Below are positions 41,413-51,644 of a stretch of DNA of 64,000 bases, in pieces. The notes beneath the pieces were generated by a model. The model had not been told where the DNA came from and searched no databases. It saw only the letters and a program-made list of their open reading frames with translations. Position 1 is the first letter of the stretch, and every line of letters starts with the position of its first letter. The translations under genes were made by a program, and so were the position numbers. This DNA comes from an uncultured Methanosarcinaceae archaeon (GTDB taxonomy: Archaea > Halobacteriota > Methanosarcinia > Methanosarcinales > Methanosarcinaceae), in contig CAVRJG010000054.1 in assembly GCA_963721455.1 (NCBI GenBank), positions 64,001 through 128,000 of the forward strand, in the 5' to 3' direction.

Positions 41413-42291
41413 ATGATTTTTCCTGATGAATATAAGCATGTGGGCGTGACAAAATCCCTCTGCCCGGGCGCTGACGAGCCGATCTATTTTTTGACTGACT
41501 ACCTGATTGCTGAAAGGGAAAATCCCCAGAAAGGCAGTTCCGAGTATGCGGTTTATCACGTGAGAAAAGGCGGAGAAGGGCTGCTTAGAAAGGCTGAAGC
41601 CCTCAAACTGATCGCCTCGGGAGAAGAGGTGGTCAAATATGACAGGGAACTGAACATAAAAGACCGCACACTTCTTATCGAAACCGCCGCAAAACTCTGT
41701 ACCGGCAAAGTAAATACTGTAATTTTTACAGGTGCGGACAGGCACGTTACAATTGTTCATGACCCTGATCCGTCAAGCATTCTTGAAATAGAGATACTTG
41801 ACGTTGCTCCCCCTTATCCTTCCTGGCTTTCCCTGGTTGTGAGAAGGCTTGAAGCCAGCGGAATTTTCGGCGACCTTCAGGTCAGATTTACTGAAAAGGT
41901 GATTGACCTCAGGCGTTTCGAAGGGAAAAATACCGTTTTTCCATGCAGTGCATCGGGACTGGAGGGAAAATGCCTGGATTCGGACGTGCTTACAGAAAAT
42001 GGACATTTGCTTGTAGGGTGCGAGATTTCGAAGACCCTTTTTGAAATGCGCTTTCCTGAACTTGAGTACTCCTTCGTAAACATCTGTCCTTTCCACTCCG
42101 AAATAGTCGTGCCCTCAAGGCCTTTTATTACGCGCTGCTGCAGGTCTGAAAAATCCGGGCTTGTAAATCTCTCAGGTTTTGAAGGAGCTGTTGTCCACTG
42201 GGGAGCATCGGAGTACCAGGTTGCTGAAGCTATCCGACACCTTATAACCAAGCTCAGAAGGGGTTCAGAGGATCTTAACAGTCGGCCTTAA
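41413..42291 (+). CDS. conserved-looking hypothetical protein, Cys-rich
   Basis: 292-aa ORF in host-like context; FPC, GCEIS, ICP, RCCRS, VVHWG motifs. Confidence 0.75.
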   Translation: MIFPDEYKHVGVTKSLCPGADEPIYFLTDYLIAERENPQKGSSEYAVYHVRKGGEGLLRKAEALKLIASGEEVVKYDRELNIKDRTLLIETAAKLCTGKVNTVIFTGADRHVTIVHDPDPSSILEIEILDVAPPYPSWLSLVVRRLEASGIFGDLQVRFTEKVIDLRRFEGKNTVFPCSASGLEGKCLDSDVLTENGHLLVGCEISKTLFEMRFPELEYSFVNICPFHSEIVVPSRPFITRCCRSEKSGLVNLSGFEGAVVHWGASEYQVAEAIRHLITKLRRGSEDLNSRP

Positions 42292-42417
42292 ATATATCAG
42301 GGTAACTCTCAAAGCATATTATAAAGCATTTTAAGCTTATTTGAGGAACCTTTATGTGCTAGGGGCTCTATTAATCGAAAAATCCCATTTATAAAACGAA
42401 ATTGGAGTAACTATTCA

Positions 42418-42978
42418 ATGTTTTTACTGACTGATTTTCTTTTAGCGCTCGGGCTTTCAATGGATGCATTTGCAGTTTCCATGTCTAGCGGCACCACGAT
42501 AAGGCCTTTCCGGCTCAATGATGCCCTGAAGCTGGCTTTCTTTTTCGGGGGGTTTCAGGCTTTCATGCCTGTGCTGGGCTGGCTTGGGGGAAGCGCGGTA
42601 AGCGGCTTTGTTTCGGACTATGCCCCCTGGATTGCCTTTGGGCTTCTGGCCCTTATCGGAGGCAAAATGATTTACGAGGCTCTTTACGGAAGCCCGGAAG
42701 GAAAGGTAAGCTCTCTTAATTATTCGGTGCTTCTGGTGCTTGCAGTCGCAACAAGTATAGACGCCCTTGCAGTGGGAATTAGCTTTGCATTTCTCAATAC
42801 GCCTATTCTTGAGCCTGTAATTATTATAGGTTGTGTGACCTTTTTCATGTCTTTCTGCGGAGCAATCCTGGGATACAGGATAGGCCATTTCTTCGAGCAC
42901 GAAGTCGAAATTCTGGGAGGCCTGATTCTTATCGGGCTTGGCTGTAAGATCCTTGCCGAACACCTGCTCTGGATCTGA
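42418..42978 (+). CDS. mntP: manganese efflux pump MntP
   Basis: LSMDAFAVS and ATSIDALAVG repeats, hydrophobic. Confidence 0.9.
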   Translation: MFLLTDFLLALGLSMDAFAVSMSSGTTIRPFRLNDALKLAFFFGGFQAFMPVLGWLGGSAVSGFVSDYAPWIAFGLLALIGGKMIYEALYGSPEGKVSSLNYSVLLVLAVATSIDALAVGISFAFLNTPILEPVIIIGCVTFFMSFCGAILGYRIGHFFEHEVEILGGLILIGLGCKILAEHLLWI

Positions 42979-43045
42979 AAAATCGCCTCAGAACCTGAAA
43001 AAGTTACGCCATATTCATATACCTCAAACTATAGATGCAGTCAGC

Positions 43046-44038
43046 ATGAAACTGGCTGTAATCGAAGGTGATGGGATCGGCAGGGAAGTAATTCCCGTGG
43101 CTGTCAAAGTCCTTGATGCTTTCGGGCTTGATTTTGAAAAAGTGCCCCTTGAACTTGGCTATACGAGATGGGAACGAACAGGAACTGCAATGTCGGGCGC
43201 CGATATGGATGCCATAAAAGGGTGCGATGCAGTTCTTTTCGGGGCAGTCACCACCGTGCCGGACCCGAATTACAAAAGTGTGCTCCTCACCATCCGGAAG
43301 GAACTGGACCTGTATGCCAATATAAGGCCTGTAAAACCTCTTACCGGCATAATCGGTGTTACCGGGAGAAGCGATTTCGATTTTATTATTGTCAGGGAAA
43401 ACACTGAAGGGCTGTACTCTGGGATTGAGGAAATAGGGCCTGACCTTTCCTGGACAAAAAGAGTCGTCACCCGGAAAGGTTCTGAACGGATTGCAGAATA
43501 CGCCTGCAAGCTTGCAAAAAAAAGAAGGAATAAACTGACAATTGTCCATAAGTCCAATGTCCTGAAATCCGATAAGCTTTTCCTTGATGTCTGCAGGCAG
43601 ACTGCCAGCACTAACGACGTGGAATATGGGGATATGCTGGTTGATTCAATGGCTTACAGTCTTATGATGCACCCTGAAAAGTATGACGTTGTGGTTACAA
43701 CGAACCTTTTCGGAGATATTTTGAGCGACATGTGTGCAGCCCTTGTTGGAAGCCTTGGCCTTGTCCCGAGCGCCAATATAGGGGAAAAGTATGCTTTTTT
43801 CGAGCCAGTACACGGGAGCGCACCCGACATTGCAGGAAAGGGCATTGCAAACCCGCTTGCTGCGATTCTCTGCGTAAAGATGCTGCTGGAATGGATGGAC
43901 GAACCGCGGTCTCTTGTTATCGATGAAGCAATAGCCCATGTGCTTCAAAAAAAGATTATCACTCCGGATCTGGGTGGTAAGGCCAGCACAATAGAAGTCG
44001 GAGATGCGGTTGCGGAATTTGTTGTGAATCATCTGTAA
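43046..44038 (+). CDS. aksF: isocitrate/isopropylmalate dehydrogenase family, probably homoisocitrate dehydrogenase
   Basis: GDGIGREV, RENTEGLY, HKSNV, NLFGDILSD, FEPVHGSAPDIAG; close to hacB; start at ATG 43046. Confidence 0.75.
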   Translation: MKLAVIEGDGIGREVIPVAVKVLDAFGLDFEKVPLELGYTRWERTGTAMSGADMDAIKGCDAVLFGAVTTVPDPNYKSVLLTIRKELDLYANIRPVKPLTGIIGVTGRSDFDFIIVRENTEGLYSGIEEIGPDLSWTKRVVTRKGSERIAEYACKLAKKRRNKLTIVHKSNVLKSDKLFLDVCRQTASTNDVEYGDMLVDSMAYSLMMHPEKYDVVVTTNLFGDILSDMCAALVGSLGLVPSANIGEKYAFFEPVHGSAPDIAGKGIANPLAAILCVKMLLEWMDEPRSLVIDEAIAHVLQKKIITPDLGGKASTIEVGDAVAEFVVNHL

Positions 44039-44175
44039 AAAAGTGTAACTGCACAGGATGGGTCCGTTTACTGCCTGGGGAGATATTTTATATTTTAAAC
44101 CCATTTTATAATAAGGTGGAGTTATAATCTTACAAATAATTAACTGCACTGAACTTCTTAATGCGTTGCTAACGA

Positions 44176-44811
44176 ATGAATGGGGGTTTCATTCTGCCTC
44201 AGTTTTTCGATGTCTCACTGCCTATTACGGAAGAAATGGTTGTATATCCTGGAAATCCGAGACCTTCTATCCAGAAGTATGCCTCTGTTCCGAAGAATAA
44301 GGTAAACGAGTCTATCCTGACTCTGGGAAGCCACACAGGTACTCACGTAGATTCCAGACTGCATATCCGAGAAGGGAAAGAAGGAGTCGAGGCCCTGCCT
44401 CTTGAAAGTTTTTATGGGAAATGCAGGGTTTTCGATCTGACCTATCTGGAAGACGAAATCCACAGTCAGGACCTTGAAGGGTTTAAAATAAGCCCTGGAG
44501 AGATAGTGCTTCTCAAGACCAGAAATTCGACCCTTGGATACATGAAATTCCTTGAAAACTACGTGCACCTTAAAATGGACGCAGCCGAATACCTTGTCAA
44601 CGCCGGAATCAAAACTCTTGGATTTGATTACCTTAGCGTCAAAAAGCTTGACGGGGATGATGAGGTCCATGAACTGCTTGTCAACAACATGACTTTGTTT
44701 GAAGGCCTCAATCTTACAGGCATTCACGAAGGGGAATATACGTTCTTAGGCCTCCCTCTCCGTATAGATACCGCCGGAGCTCCGGCGAGAGTCATACTGG
44801 TTAGAGAGTAA
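44176..44811 (+). CDS. cyclase family (kynurenine formamidase-like) metal hydrolase
   Basis: HTGTHVD motif, GFDYLSV, VHELL, GAPARV. Confidence 0.88.
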   Translation: MNGGFILPQFFDVSLPITEEMVVYPGNPRPSIQKYASVPKNKVNESILTLGSHTGTHVDSRLHIREGKEGVEALPLESFYGKCRVFDLTYLEDEIHSQDLEGFKISPGEIVLLKTRNSTLGYMKFLENYVHLKMDAAEYLVNAGIKTLGFDYLSVKKLDGDDEVHELLVNNMTLFEGLNLTGIHEGEYTFLGLPLRIDTAGAPARVILVRE

Positions 44812-45227
44812 CCTGTTTTGGATAGGATGGATTTTCATCCTCCGCATGATAGCCTGAAAGAAAATCGTCCAGTCCTTTAATTTCCCTTTCCAGGTAGTTT
44901 CCTTTCAGACACATATCGTATTCTTCTGCCCGACAGTTGATGCAGTCGTCAGGCTTCCGGAAAGTGGCTACTACAGGGTTTCCCGGCTTCAGGGGTTTTA
45001 CCTTGCCCCTTACTTTTACCACTCTCCCGAGGGATTCATGCCCGAAAGTAAACTCTTTTTCCTTCAGAAGGCTTTCCATGAAGCCCTTTGATTATTTTCC
45101 AATCAGTCCCCTCAGTCCCAACCGGTTTTACCTTTACAAGAGCTCCAGTCTCATTTATTCGAGGAATATTGATATCCTCGATATGAATGCTGTTCTCCTC
45201 CCCAGGGACAGCTGTGATTGCCCTCAC
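44801..45227 (-). pseudogene. Zn-dependent glucose dehydrogenase-like (MDR) gene fragment, frameshifted and truncated
   Basis: Two frames: RAITAVPG...VGTEGTD, then GHESLGRV...C.NC...YDMC; no NAD-binding half. Confidence 0.7.
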
Positions 45228-45671
45228 GTCCTCCTCCGTAAAATTTTGTTTATATTTAGCAGAGCCTTTTGCAGTGGCTATACAATTACAATGCCTGAAG
45301 GTTATAAAAGACATACAACCGGAATATAATAGTCATAAAGAGGCGATTGTAAAATACAACAGTAAAAACGCATTCGAAAGCAGTAAAATCATAAAAATAA
45401 CACTGTAAAAGGAGAACGTCCATAAAATGACAAATTATAGAATAATTATAGAACAAAGAAAGAACAAAGAAAGATCAAACGATTTAAAAAATCATAAAGG
45501 GCAGTAAAATATGTAACGGCAATGGATATCAAAAAAGAATTAGAAGGGCAGCTTTTTTGTCTCAAAGAGCCCTTCCGATTTGTATCTGCAGTTCAGCTCC
45601 TGCTTTCTTTTATGTTCAATACTTAATTGTCGGTTTCCCGGCTGTTGTATTAATCCTTTTTTCTTCCGGAT

Positions 45672-45782
45672 TTACTCTTCCCTGCTCAATTCCGTCTGAG
45701 ATATTTGCTCGTATTTTCTAAAAAATTCGAACTGCTCATAGTAATGGGCTCTTTCAACTATCTCTTTAAAAAACTCATCCAT
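45672..45782 (-). CDS. 36-aa small protein (MDEFFKEIVERAHYYEQFEFFRKYEQISQTELSREE)
   Basis: GGAAGGGGG RBS-like motif; homologous to the ORF at 46189-46326. Confidence 0.55.
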   Translation of the reverse strand: MDEFFKEIVERAHYYEQFEFFRKYEQISQTELSREE

Positions 45783-46071
45783 AATTAATTCCCCCTTCCC
45801 ACGTAATATTTCTCTCTCAGATTTATAAATATTTGCCACTGGAAATGTGGATATTTAAAAAATGGCTATCGAGTATTAACTTCAAAAAAAACGCATTCGT
45901 TTACCGTGTGGAATCGGGACAGAATTTTTACAGGCTGAAAAGGGACTGGTTGAAAAGTGAGTTTTTCTTCCGCCTTTAATTTTCGTTTCCTTACTTCTAA
46001 TCTTTCTTGAAATCTACTTTTCAATTACTTTTTCTTGAAACTTACTTCTCAACGCCCCAGTTCTTCAGAGA

Positions 46072-46138
46072 TTTTGCAGCTTTTATTGCTTTTTAGTTTG
46101 CAGCTTTTTAGTTTGCAGCTTTTTGGTTTGCAGCTTTT
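46072..46138. repeat. 15-bp tandem repeat (TTTGCAGCTTTTTAG-like, 3-4 copies)
   Basis: Seen directly. Confidence 0.7.
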
Positions 46139-46188
46139 AATTATCTGGACTCACTTATTTTTCAGGTTGGCAGTTAATAAATCCGGCA

Positions 46189-46326
46189 TCAGATACTCAT
46201 TGTTGAAGCTTTCATCTTGAGCGCCGGCATATCCCCAAAACGTCCGGAAAGGTTCATGTTTCTGAAACTTTCAAACTGTTCATAGTACCGGGCACGTTCG
46301 ACCAATCCTTTGAATATCTCTTCCAT
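46189..46326 (-). CDS. 45-aa small protein (MEEIFKGLVERARYYEQFESFRN...)
   Basis: GAGGTGAA RBS; N-terminal 22 aa homologous to 45672-45782. Confidence 0.58.
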   Translation of the reverse strand: MEEIFKGLVERARYYEQFESFRNMNLSGRFGDMPALKMKASTMSI

Positions 46327-46759
46327 TGTATTCACCTCTATTCCCAAAAACTACTTCAGTGCTTATTAATCTCAGCCTAGCAGGGTGAAAGTATTTTTTG
46401 TAGAATGTCAGGTAAAGGTTTCGGATCTATGCGGTTATCGAGGCTGAAAATTCTTCCAGAAACGTTTCAAGAAATAACGTATATCGAATGCAAAAAATGT
46501 TAAAAGGAAAAGAGCGTTAAAAGGAAAAAGGTGTTAAAAGGAGATATCATTGGTCATCGGTTAAGGAATTTTCTTGCCTGTAGGTCTCGATTTCGAAGCG
46601 AAAATTAATCCCAAATTTTGAGCACTGAAACTGAAATCGATATCCAACTCCAACTTTACATCAATGAATACTTTGAAAAACTTTGTGGAAATCGATGTAA
46701 TTTGTCACGATTCCTCACTTAACCGAAGACGCATGAAGGAGATATACATAAAATTAATT

Positions 46760-47968
46760 TTACTGCTTTTTTGCAACGGCTGCAAGCTGTTCTCCAAGCT
46801 TTCTGCACCTCTCCAGTTCTTTTTCATATGGCCTGTACCTTACTTGCAGTCCGGGTTCAATCACCTCAATTCCTGCGCTTTTCAGTTCCTGTTCTACGAT
46901 TTTTACTGCTCCCCCTCCCCAGCCGTAGGACCCGAATGCCATAGCTTTTTTCTTCTGGGGGCGCAGGCCTTTGAGGTATACCAGGAAGTCCCCAACCGTT
47001 GGAAAGAGTCCGTTGTTAAGGGTTGGTGAGCCCACTGCGAAGGATGCTGCATCAAGTATCTCTTTCATGATCTGGCTCCTGGTGTTTTTCCGGAGATGAA
47101 GCAGTTTTACCTCCACCCCGGCAGCCCGGACAGCTTCAACAATTTCGTTTGCCATTGCCTCTGTGCTGCCCCACATTGTGTCATATATCACAAGCACTTT
47201 TTCCCTTGCCTCGCCGTTGGCCCATGATCTGTATGCCTTAAGGATCTTCTGCAGGTCCTGTTTCCATATAATCCCATGAGAAGGAGCTATCTGCATGGGC
47301 TCTATTCCCAGCTCGTTCAGTACTTCCAGATAGCGGAGAAGTGGCATATGAAAAGGCATGAGTATATTTGCGTAATATTCGGCTGCGTCCGGAAGAACAT
47401 CCCCAATTTCAAAATCATACCTCTTTGAGGTTGCTATATGCTGGCCGAAACCGTCGTTTGAAAAGAGTATCCTGTCTTCTTTCAGGAAAGTCTCCATACT
47501 GTCAGGCCAGTGCAGCATTGTAGCCTCCAGGAACATAAGGGTCTTACCTCCGAGGTCCAGCTGGTCGCCCGTCTTCACAATCTCAATGTCCCAGTTTTCA
47601 CTGCCCGAGCCCTTGAAGTAGCCATTAAGGATATCGATGCCCCTTTTTGAGATGAGTATTTTAGCATCGGTTTGTTTTTTAAGCTCTGCCAGGGAACCAG
47701 AGTGGTCAAGTTCCATATGGTTTACTACAATGTAGTCGAGTTTTGAAGGGTCTATAATCTGACTGATGCGCCTGAGCATCTCCCCTGCAAAGGGAGACTT
47801 TACCGTATCTATAAGTGCAGTCTTTTCCCCAACAACCAGGTAGGAGTTGTAGGTTGTCCCTCCGGGAGTAGTAAACCCGTGAAAATCCCTTCCGTTCCAA
47901 TCAATTGCTCCTACCCAGTATACTTTGCCGGAAAGTTCGACGGCTCCACCCGTTTCTTCTGTGCCCAT
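46760..47968 (-). CDS. fprA: flavodiiron protein (FprA)
   Basis: GTTYNSYL, HMELDHSG, LHWPDSM, SNDGFGQH, flavodoxin TMWGSTE and GSYGWGG. Confidence 0.93.
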   Translation of the reverse strand: MGTEETGGAVELSGKVYWVGAIDWNGRDFHGFTTPGGTTYNSYLVVGEKTALIDTVKSPFAGEMLRRISQIIDPSKLDYIVVNHMELDHSGSLAELKKQTDAKILISKRGIDILNGYFKGSGSENWDIEIVKTGDQLDLGGKTLMFLEATMLHWPDSMETFLKEDRILFSNDGFGQHIATSKRYDFEIGDVLPDAAEYYANILMPFHMPLLRYLEVLNELGIEPMQIAPSHGIIWKQDLQKILKAYRSWANGEAREKVLVIYDTMWGSTEAMANEIVEAVRAAGVEVKLLHLRKNTRSQIMKEILDAASFAVGSPTLNNGLFPTVGDFLVYLKGLRPQKKKAMAFGSYGWGGGAVKIVEQELKSAGIEVIEPGLQVRYRPYEKELERCRKLGEQLAAVAKKQ

Positions 47969-47991
47969 ACCCTCACAGTCCTCCCGGCTTT

Positions 47992-48498
47992 TCAGGTCTG
48001 CATCCGGAACCCGGTGATATTTTCGAGGTAACTGTCGAGAAGCTCATAGTGGCCCCTTTCGTATCTTGCCAGCATCTCGAAGAATGTTTTCTGATTTTCG
48101 TCTTCAGCTCTTTTTGCCAGTTCCGAATAGAAATCCTCGCTTTTTCTCTCGTGCCTCATGGCTGCAACAAGGATACCGGCATCTCCAAGAGTGATCTCAC
48201 CCCTTTTTGTTCGAGCTATATCGAACTCAGGGGTGAAAGACTGACCACTCGGAATTTCCGTACTGATTACGGGCAGCTCTTTCTTATCACGGTATCTTTC
48301 AAGATATTCAAGATGACTTACTTCTTCATTTGCCAGATGCTCATAGAGTTCCTTAAATTTCGGGTTGTCCATTAAAGTTGCTTCATGCAGGTAGAAGTCC
48401 CTTGCTTCTTTCTCTCTCTCGATTGCCAGAGCTACGGCTTCTTCAATCCCTTTAAGATTTTTTACTTCCTCTACTACCTCTAGATATGCACTCCTCAT
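47992..48498 (-). CDS. ferritin-like / rubrerythrin family protein
   Basis: Two E..A..FY...LA.EE..H half-repeats. Confidence 0.85.
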   Translation of the reverse strand: MRSAYLEVVEEVKNLKGIEEAVALAIEREKEARDFYLHEATLMDNPKFKELYEHLANEEVSHLEYLERYRDKKELPVISTEIPSGQSFTPEFDIARTKRGEITLGDAGILVAAMRHERKSEDFYSELAKRAEDENQKTFFEMLARYERGHYELLDSYLENITGFRMQT

Positions 48499-48551
48499 AC
48501 TTTACCTCCTCTGATATCTCATCTCTTCAGATTTCCCCGTTTTTAAAGTTT

Positions 48552-49187
48552 TTAGTTCCCGGTTTCTTTCTTAGTTTTGGGTTTCTTTTGTTCTTTCACT
48601 TTCAAGGTTATATCTTCAGAGGGCCGCTCAAGTCCAAATATATCATAGATCTCATAGGGACTGGCAAGCACTGTGATATTTTCCATTTGCGCAAGTTTTT
48701 CCGAGTTTGTAACATCTACTTCACGCATAGTGAGCTCAAAGGCTCTGCCACTGGGTGCAGCAGTTTTTACAGTTCCCCTTTTCTGGTCTACAGGCAGGAT
48801 GAAAATAGGTGTTTTTCCTTTTGCAGTCTGAGAAACTGTATTTGTAACAAGGGTATCTGCAATCCCGTATACGATCTTTGCCACGGTATTGGCAGTTGTC
48901 GGGGCTATCAGCAGGAAATCGTAGTATCCCATCTGCAGCGGGCCTGCTATGAACGGGGAGTTGGGACCTGCATCTACCTTGAAGTTAGGGAAATCGTTCT
49001 GGATTTTGTCCCACAGGTGATACCATTTCATTACGGTCTCGCCCTCTTTGGACAGGAAAACCATTGTGTCAACACCTGTTTGATTCTTAATGTCCACCAG
49101 AACGCTATAGGTCTCAATCATCTGGTCTCCCGAACCTGTAATTCCCCATGCTATGCGTTTAATTTTCTTGTTTAACGGTCCTACCAA
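48552..49187 (-). CDS. afpA: archaeal flavoprotein AfpA family
   Basis: IAWGITGSG, APTTANTVAKIVYGIADTLVTN. Confidence 0.85.
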   Translation of the reverse strand: MVGPLNKKIKRIAWGITGSGDQMIETYSVLVDIKNQTGVDTMVFLSKEGETVMKWYHLWDKIQNDFPNFKVDAGPNSPFIAGPLQMGYYDFLLIAPTTANTVAKIVYGIADTLVTNTVSQTAKGKTPIFILPVDQKRGTVKTAAPSGRAFELTMREVDVTNSEKLAQMENITVLASPYEIYDIFGLERPSEDITLKVKEQKKPKTKKETGN

Positions 49188-49287
49188 AGTAATTCACTCC
49201 TTTAATAGTTTGTATCTAAGTCATGGACTTATTTCTCGTCCTGATTAACCTGATTTCTGAAAATCCTGGTCTCCCAGAATTTACTGG

Positions 49288-49971
49288 TTATTTGCCTTCT
49301 TCTTTCGGCATTTCGGAAGCCTGGGCTTCAGGCTCCTCTATAGAGGCAGCTTTCTTAACCATCTGGGTTGTCTGGACAAGCTTTTTCAGGGTTTTTTTAA
49401 GGCTTCTCATACCTTCCGAATCCTCGGAAACCCCTTCTGCTCCTTTGTCCTTTGACCAGAACGTTCCTCCCAGATTTGCCCCAAAAGAGCCTCCTCCGAC
49501 AGGGATCATTTCATTGATTACGTAAAAGTTCAGAATAGTTTGGATAGCCGGCTCCTGCCCGCCTATCCGGTCGCCTCCGTCTGCAATTCCCATCCCTACT
49601 TTGTTCAAAAAAACCTTTGGGTCTCTGGCAACGACAGCTCTGCAGCGGTCCATAATCGTTTTTGTCTGAGCACTTACGGTTCCCTGATATACAGGAGTAC
49701 CTATAATCCAGGCATCTGCCCACATCATTTTATCGTACAGTTCGGCCGCAATATCGTCCTTGTGGATGCAGCCTTCCTTTTTTCTGACACAGAAGTCGCA
49801 GTGGATGCAAAAGTTCAGCTTCTTTCCTTTGGCGGAAAAGTAGTCGGTTTCTGCGCCATATTTGTCTCTTGCAATCTTCAGCGCTTCCTGGACCAGAAAA
49901 TCGGTCGCCATATTCCTGGGACTTCCGGATATTCCGAGAATCTTTATCGGTTTGTCTTCGGTTTCTTGCAT
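49288..49971 (-). CDS. isf: iron-sulfur flavoprotein
   Basis: GISGSPR, CIHCDFC.....C compact Cys motif, GTPVY. Confidence 0.85.
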   Translation of the reverse strand: MQETEDKPIKILGISGSPRNMATDFLVQEALKIARDKYGAETDYFSAKGKKLNFCIHCDFCVRKKEGCIHKDDIAAELYDKMMWADAWIIGTPVYQGTVSAQTKTIMDRCRAVVARDPKVFLNKVGMGIADGGDRIGGQEPAIQTILNFYVINEMIPVGGGSFGANLGGTFWSKDKGAEGVSEDSEGMRSLKKTLKKLVQTTQMVKKAASIEEPEAQASEMPKEEGK

Positions 49972-50468
49972 GTCCCCTCCGAATTACCTGTAAAAAGTTA
50001 CGTATATACTCAATTATATCTGTATCCTCGTATGCCTTTCGGACACATAATTTTATGCCTGAATAGTTTTATACTCAAATTTTTTAATTTTTGCCCTGTA
50101 CTCCTTAAGTCTTTTGTAAACGCTATCTTGAGAAGGCAATGAGAGCTCCTTTCAAAATCTCGAAGTTGAAGTTTTTCTTCTTCAGGGTAGATTGCCATAC
50201 CAATCTCATGCATGTTGCCAGGTCACTTCACCGGAAAGCTCATTTATACGTTACTGAGGAGTCTACCTGTAATGAAGTTTCGAAAACTGGACTGATTTAA
50301 AGTTCGCTGACACGCTCGGTTCTACAGCAAAAAATAAGTCTGAGAACTTAACAAGCTTCCATTTTCTCACTATGAGGCTCTTGATAATTCTAAAAAATGC
50401 ATCACAAAAAATAAATAAGTGTGCTTATTCTTTCAAAGCACGTCCATTTTATTCAAAGTACATTTATT

Positions 50469-50816
50469 TTATTTCAACAGCTTCAGGGCTTCCCTGCACG
50501 CAGCTACAGCCGGAGCTCCTGAGGTTATAAAGATAACATCCATAGTTTCCATGATTTCTTCCTTGGTTGCTCCGTGGTGCAGGGCGCTTTTCATCTGCGC
50601 TACAGTACAGGACTCACACTGTTTGGATGCCACAACCGCAAGAGCCATAAGGATCTTTGTCTTCGCGGGCAGTGCTCCATCAGATAACAGTTTTCCATCA
50701 CAGCGCCTGTACTTCCCAAGAAACTCAGGATCAAGTTCCTCAAGAGTTTCCAGGATATGCGGCTTGAATCCCATCTTTTTTCCTATATTTTCCACTACTT
50801 CTTTATGTTCTGTCAA
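50469..50816 (-). CDS. carboxymuconolactone decarboxylase family disulfide reductase (MdrA-like)
   Basis: [30 protein letters not shown]. Confidence 0.85.
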   Translation of the reverse strand: MTEHKEVVENIGKKMGFKPHILETLEELDPEFLGKYRRCDGKLLSDGALPAKTKILMALAVVASKQCESCTVAQMKSALHHGATKEEIMETMDVIFITSGAPAVAACREALKLLK

Positions 50817-50956
50817 TTTTTGGCCTCCTATTTTTTTGATTATTATTTATTGTTTGTTCTAATTCCCGGTAGCTCTAACCCAATAGATACATTCTCCAAA
50901 GTATTCCGGACAAGAAAGGTATTCTGCAACTCAAAGGCTATGTGCAAGCAGTGGAA

Positions 50957-51178
50957 TTACACGCAGAAATCCTCTCCAAGAATAGAGTCGATGCACTCAC
51001 GGCACATCATCCTGGGAAGATCTTTCTTTAGTGTCACATGGGGCAGTGGATATCCTCCTTTCATAGGGAACTCTACCTGTTTAATATGCTCCATACAGAG
51101 GCCTTTCCCGCAAACAATGCATATGCCCACGGCTTCATTATCCTTACTCTTTTCAAGGCAATCGTAACATTTTAGCAT
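50957..51178 (-). CDS. small Cys-rich protein (DUF2180-like)
   Basis: KCYDC...AVGICIVCGKGLC.EH...MCREC. Confidence 0.8.
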   Translation of the reverse strand: MLKCYDCLEKSKDNEAVGICIVCGKGLCMEHIKQVEFPMKGGYPLPHVTLKKDLPRMMCRECIDSILGEDFCV

Positions 51179-51188
51179 ATGACCACCT

Positions 51189-51419
51189 TCAACATACCTC
51201 ATTGAACAGGCAGTTTTCCTTCAGGGCTTCGTGGCAGGGCATGCAGACAATCCGTTTGATATGTTCAACGTCGGGCTTTAGCTCGATAGGATAGTCCCCT
51301 TCCCAGGCAGGCGTTTCCTCATGAATAAGGTGCTCTTTGCAAACCCCTCTCCCGCAGACAATGCAAATTGCAACAGCGTCCGTATTTTTACCTTCTCTGG
51401 CGCATTCATAACATTTCAT
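51189..51419 (-). CDS. small Cys-rich protein (DUF2180-like), paralogue of the neighbour
   Basis: KCYEC...AVAICIVCGRGVC.EH...CMPC. Confidence 0.8.
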   Translation of the reverse strand: MKCYECAREGKNTDAVAICIVCGRGVCKEHLIHEETPAWEGDYPIELKPDVEHIKRIVCMPCHEALKENCLFNEVC

Positions 51420-51515
51420 TGTTCTCCCTCTAAATCAAAAAAGTATTTCTTTACCCTATTTCAGGTTTGAAAGTGCTATGTACGTAAATTTCTTAAATGA
51501 GACTCAGCTAACATT

Positions 51516-51644
51516 TCACTTCTCTTCTATAAGAGTCATGTCCTCTCCGCAACAAACAAGAGTTCCGCCTCCTACTTTTTCTACGACAACCTCGTTGCCG
51601 CAAATCTCGCAGCGGTATCTCTCCCCTTTAGCAGATACGCCCAT
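51516..51644 (-). CDS. desulforedoxin-like protein (42 aa, missing from the ORF track)
   Basis: MGVSAKGERYRCEICGNEVVVEKVGGGTLVCCGEDMTLIEEK; CxxC...CC motif; GGAGGTGA RBS. Confidence 0.88.
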   Translation of the reverse strand: MGVSAKGERYRCEICGNEVVVEKVGGGTLVCCGEDMTLIEEK

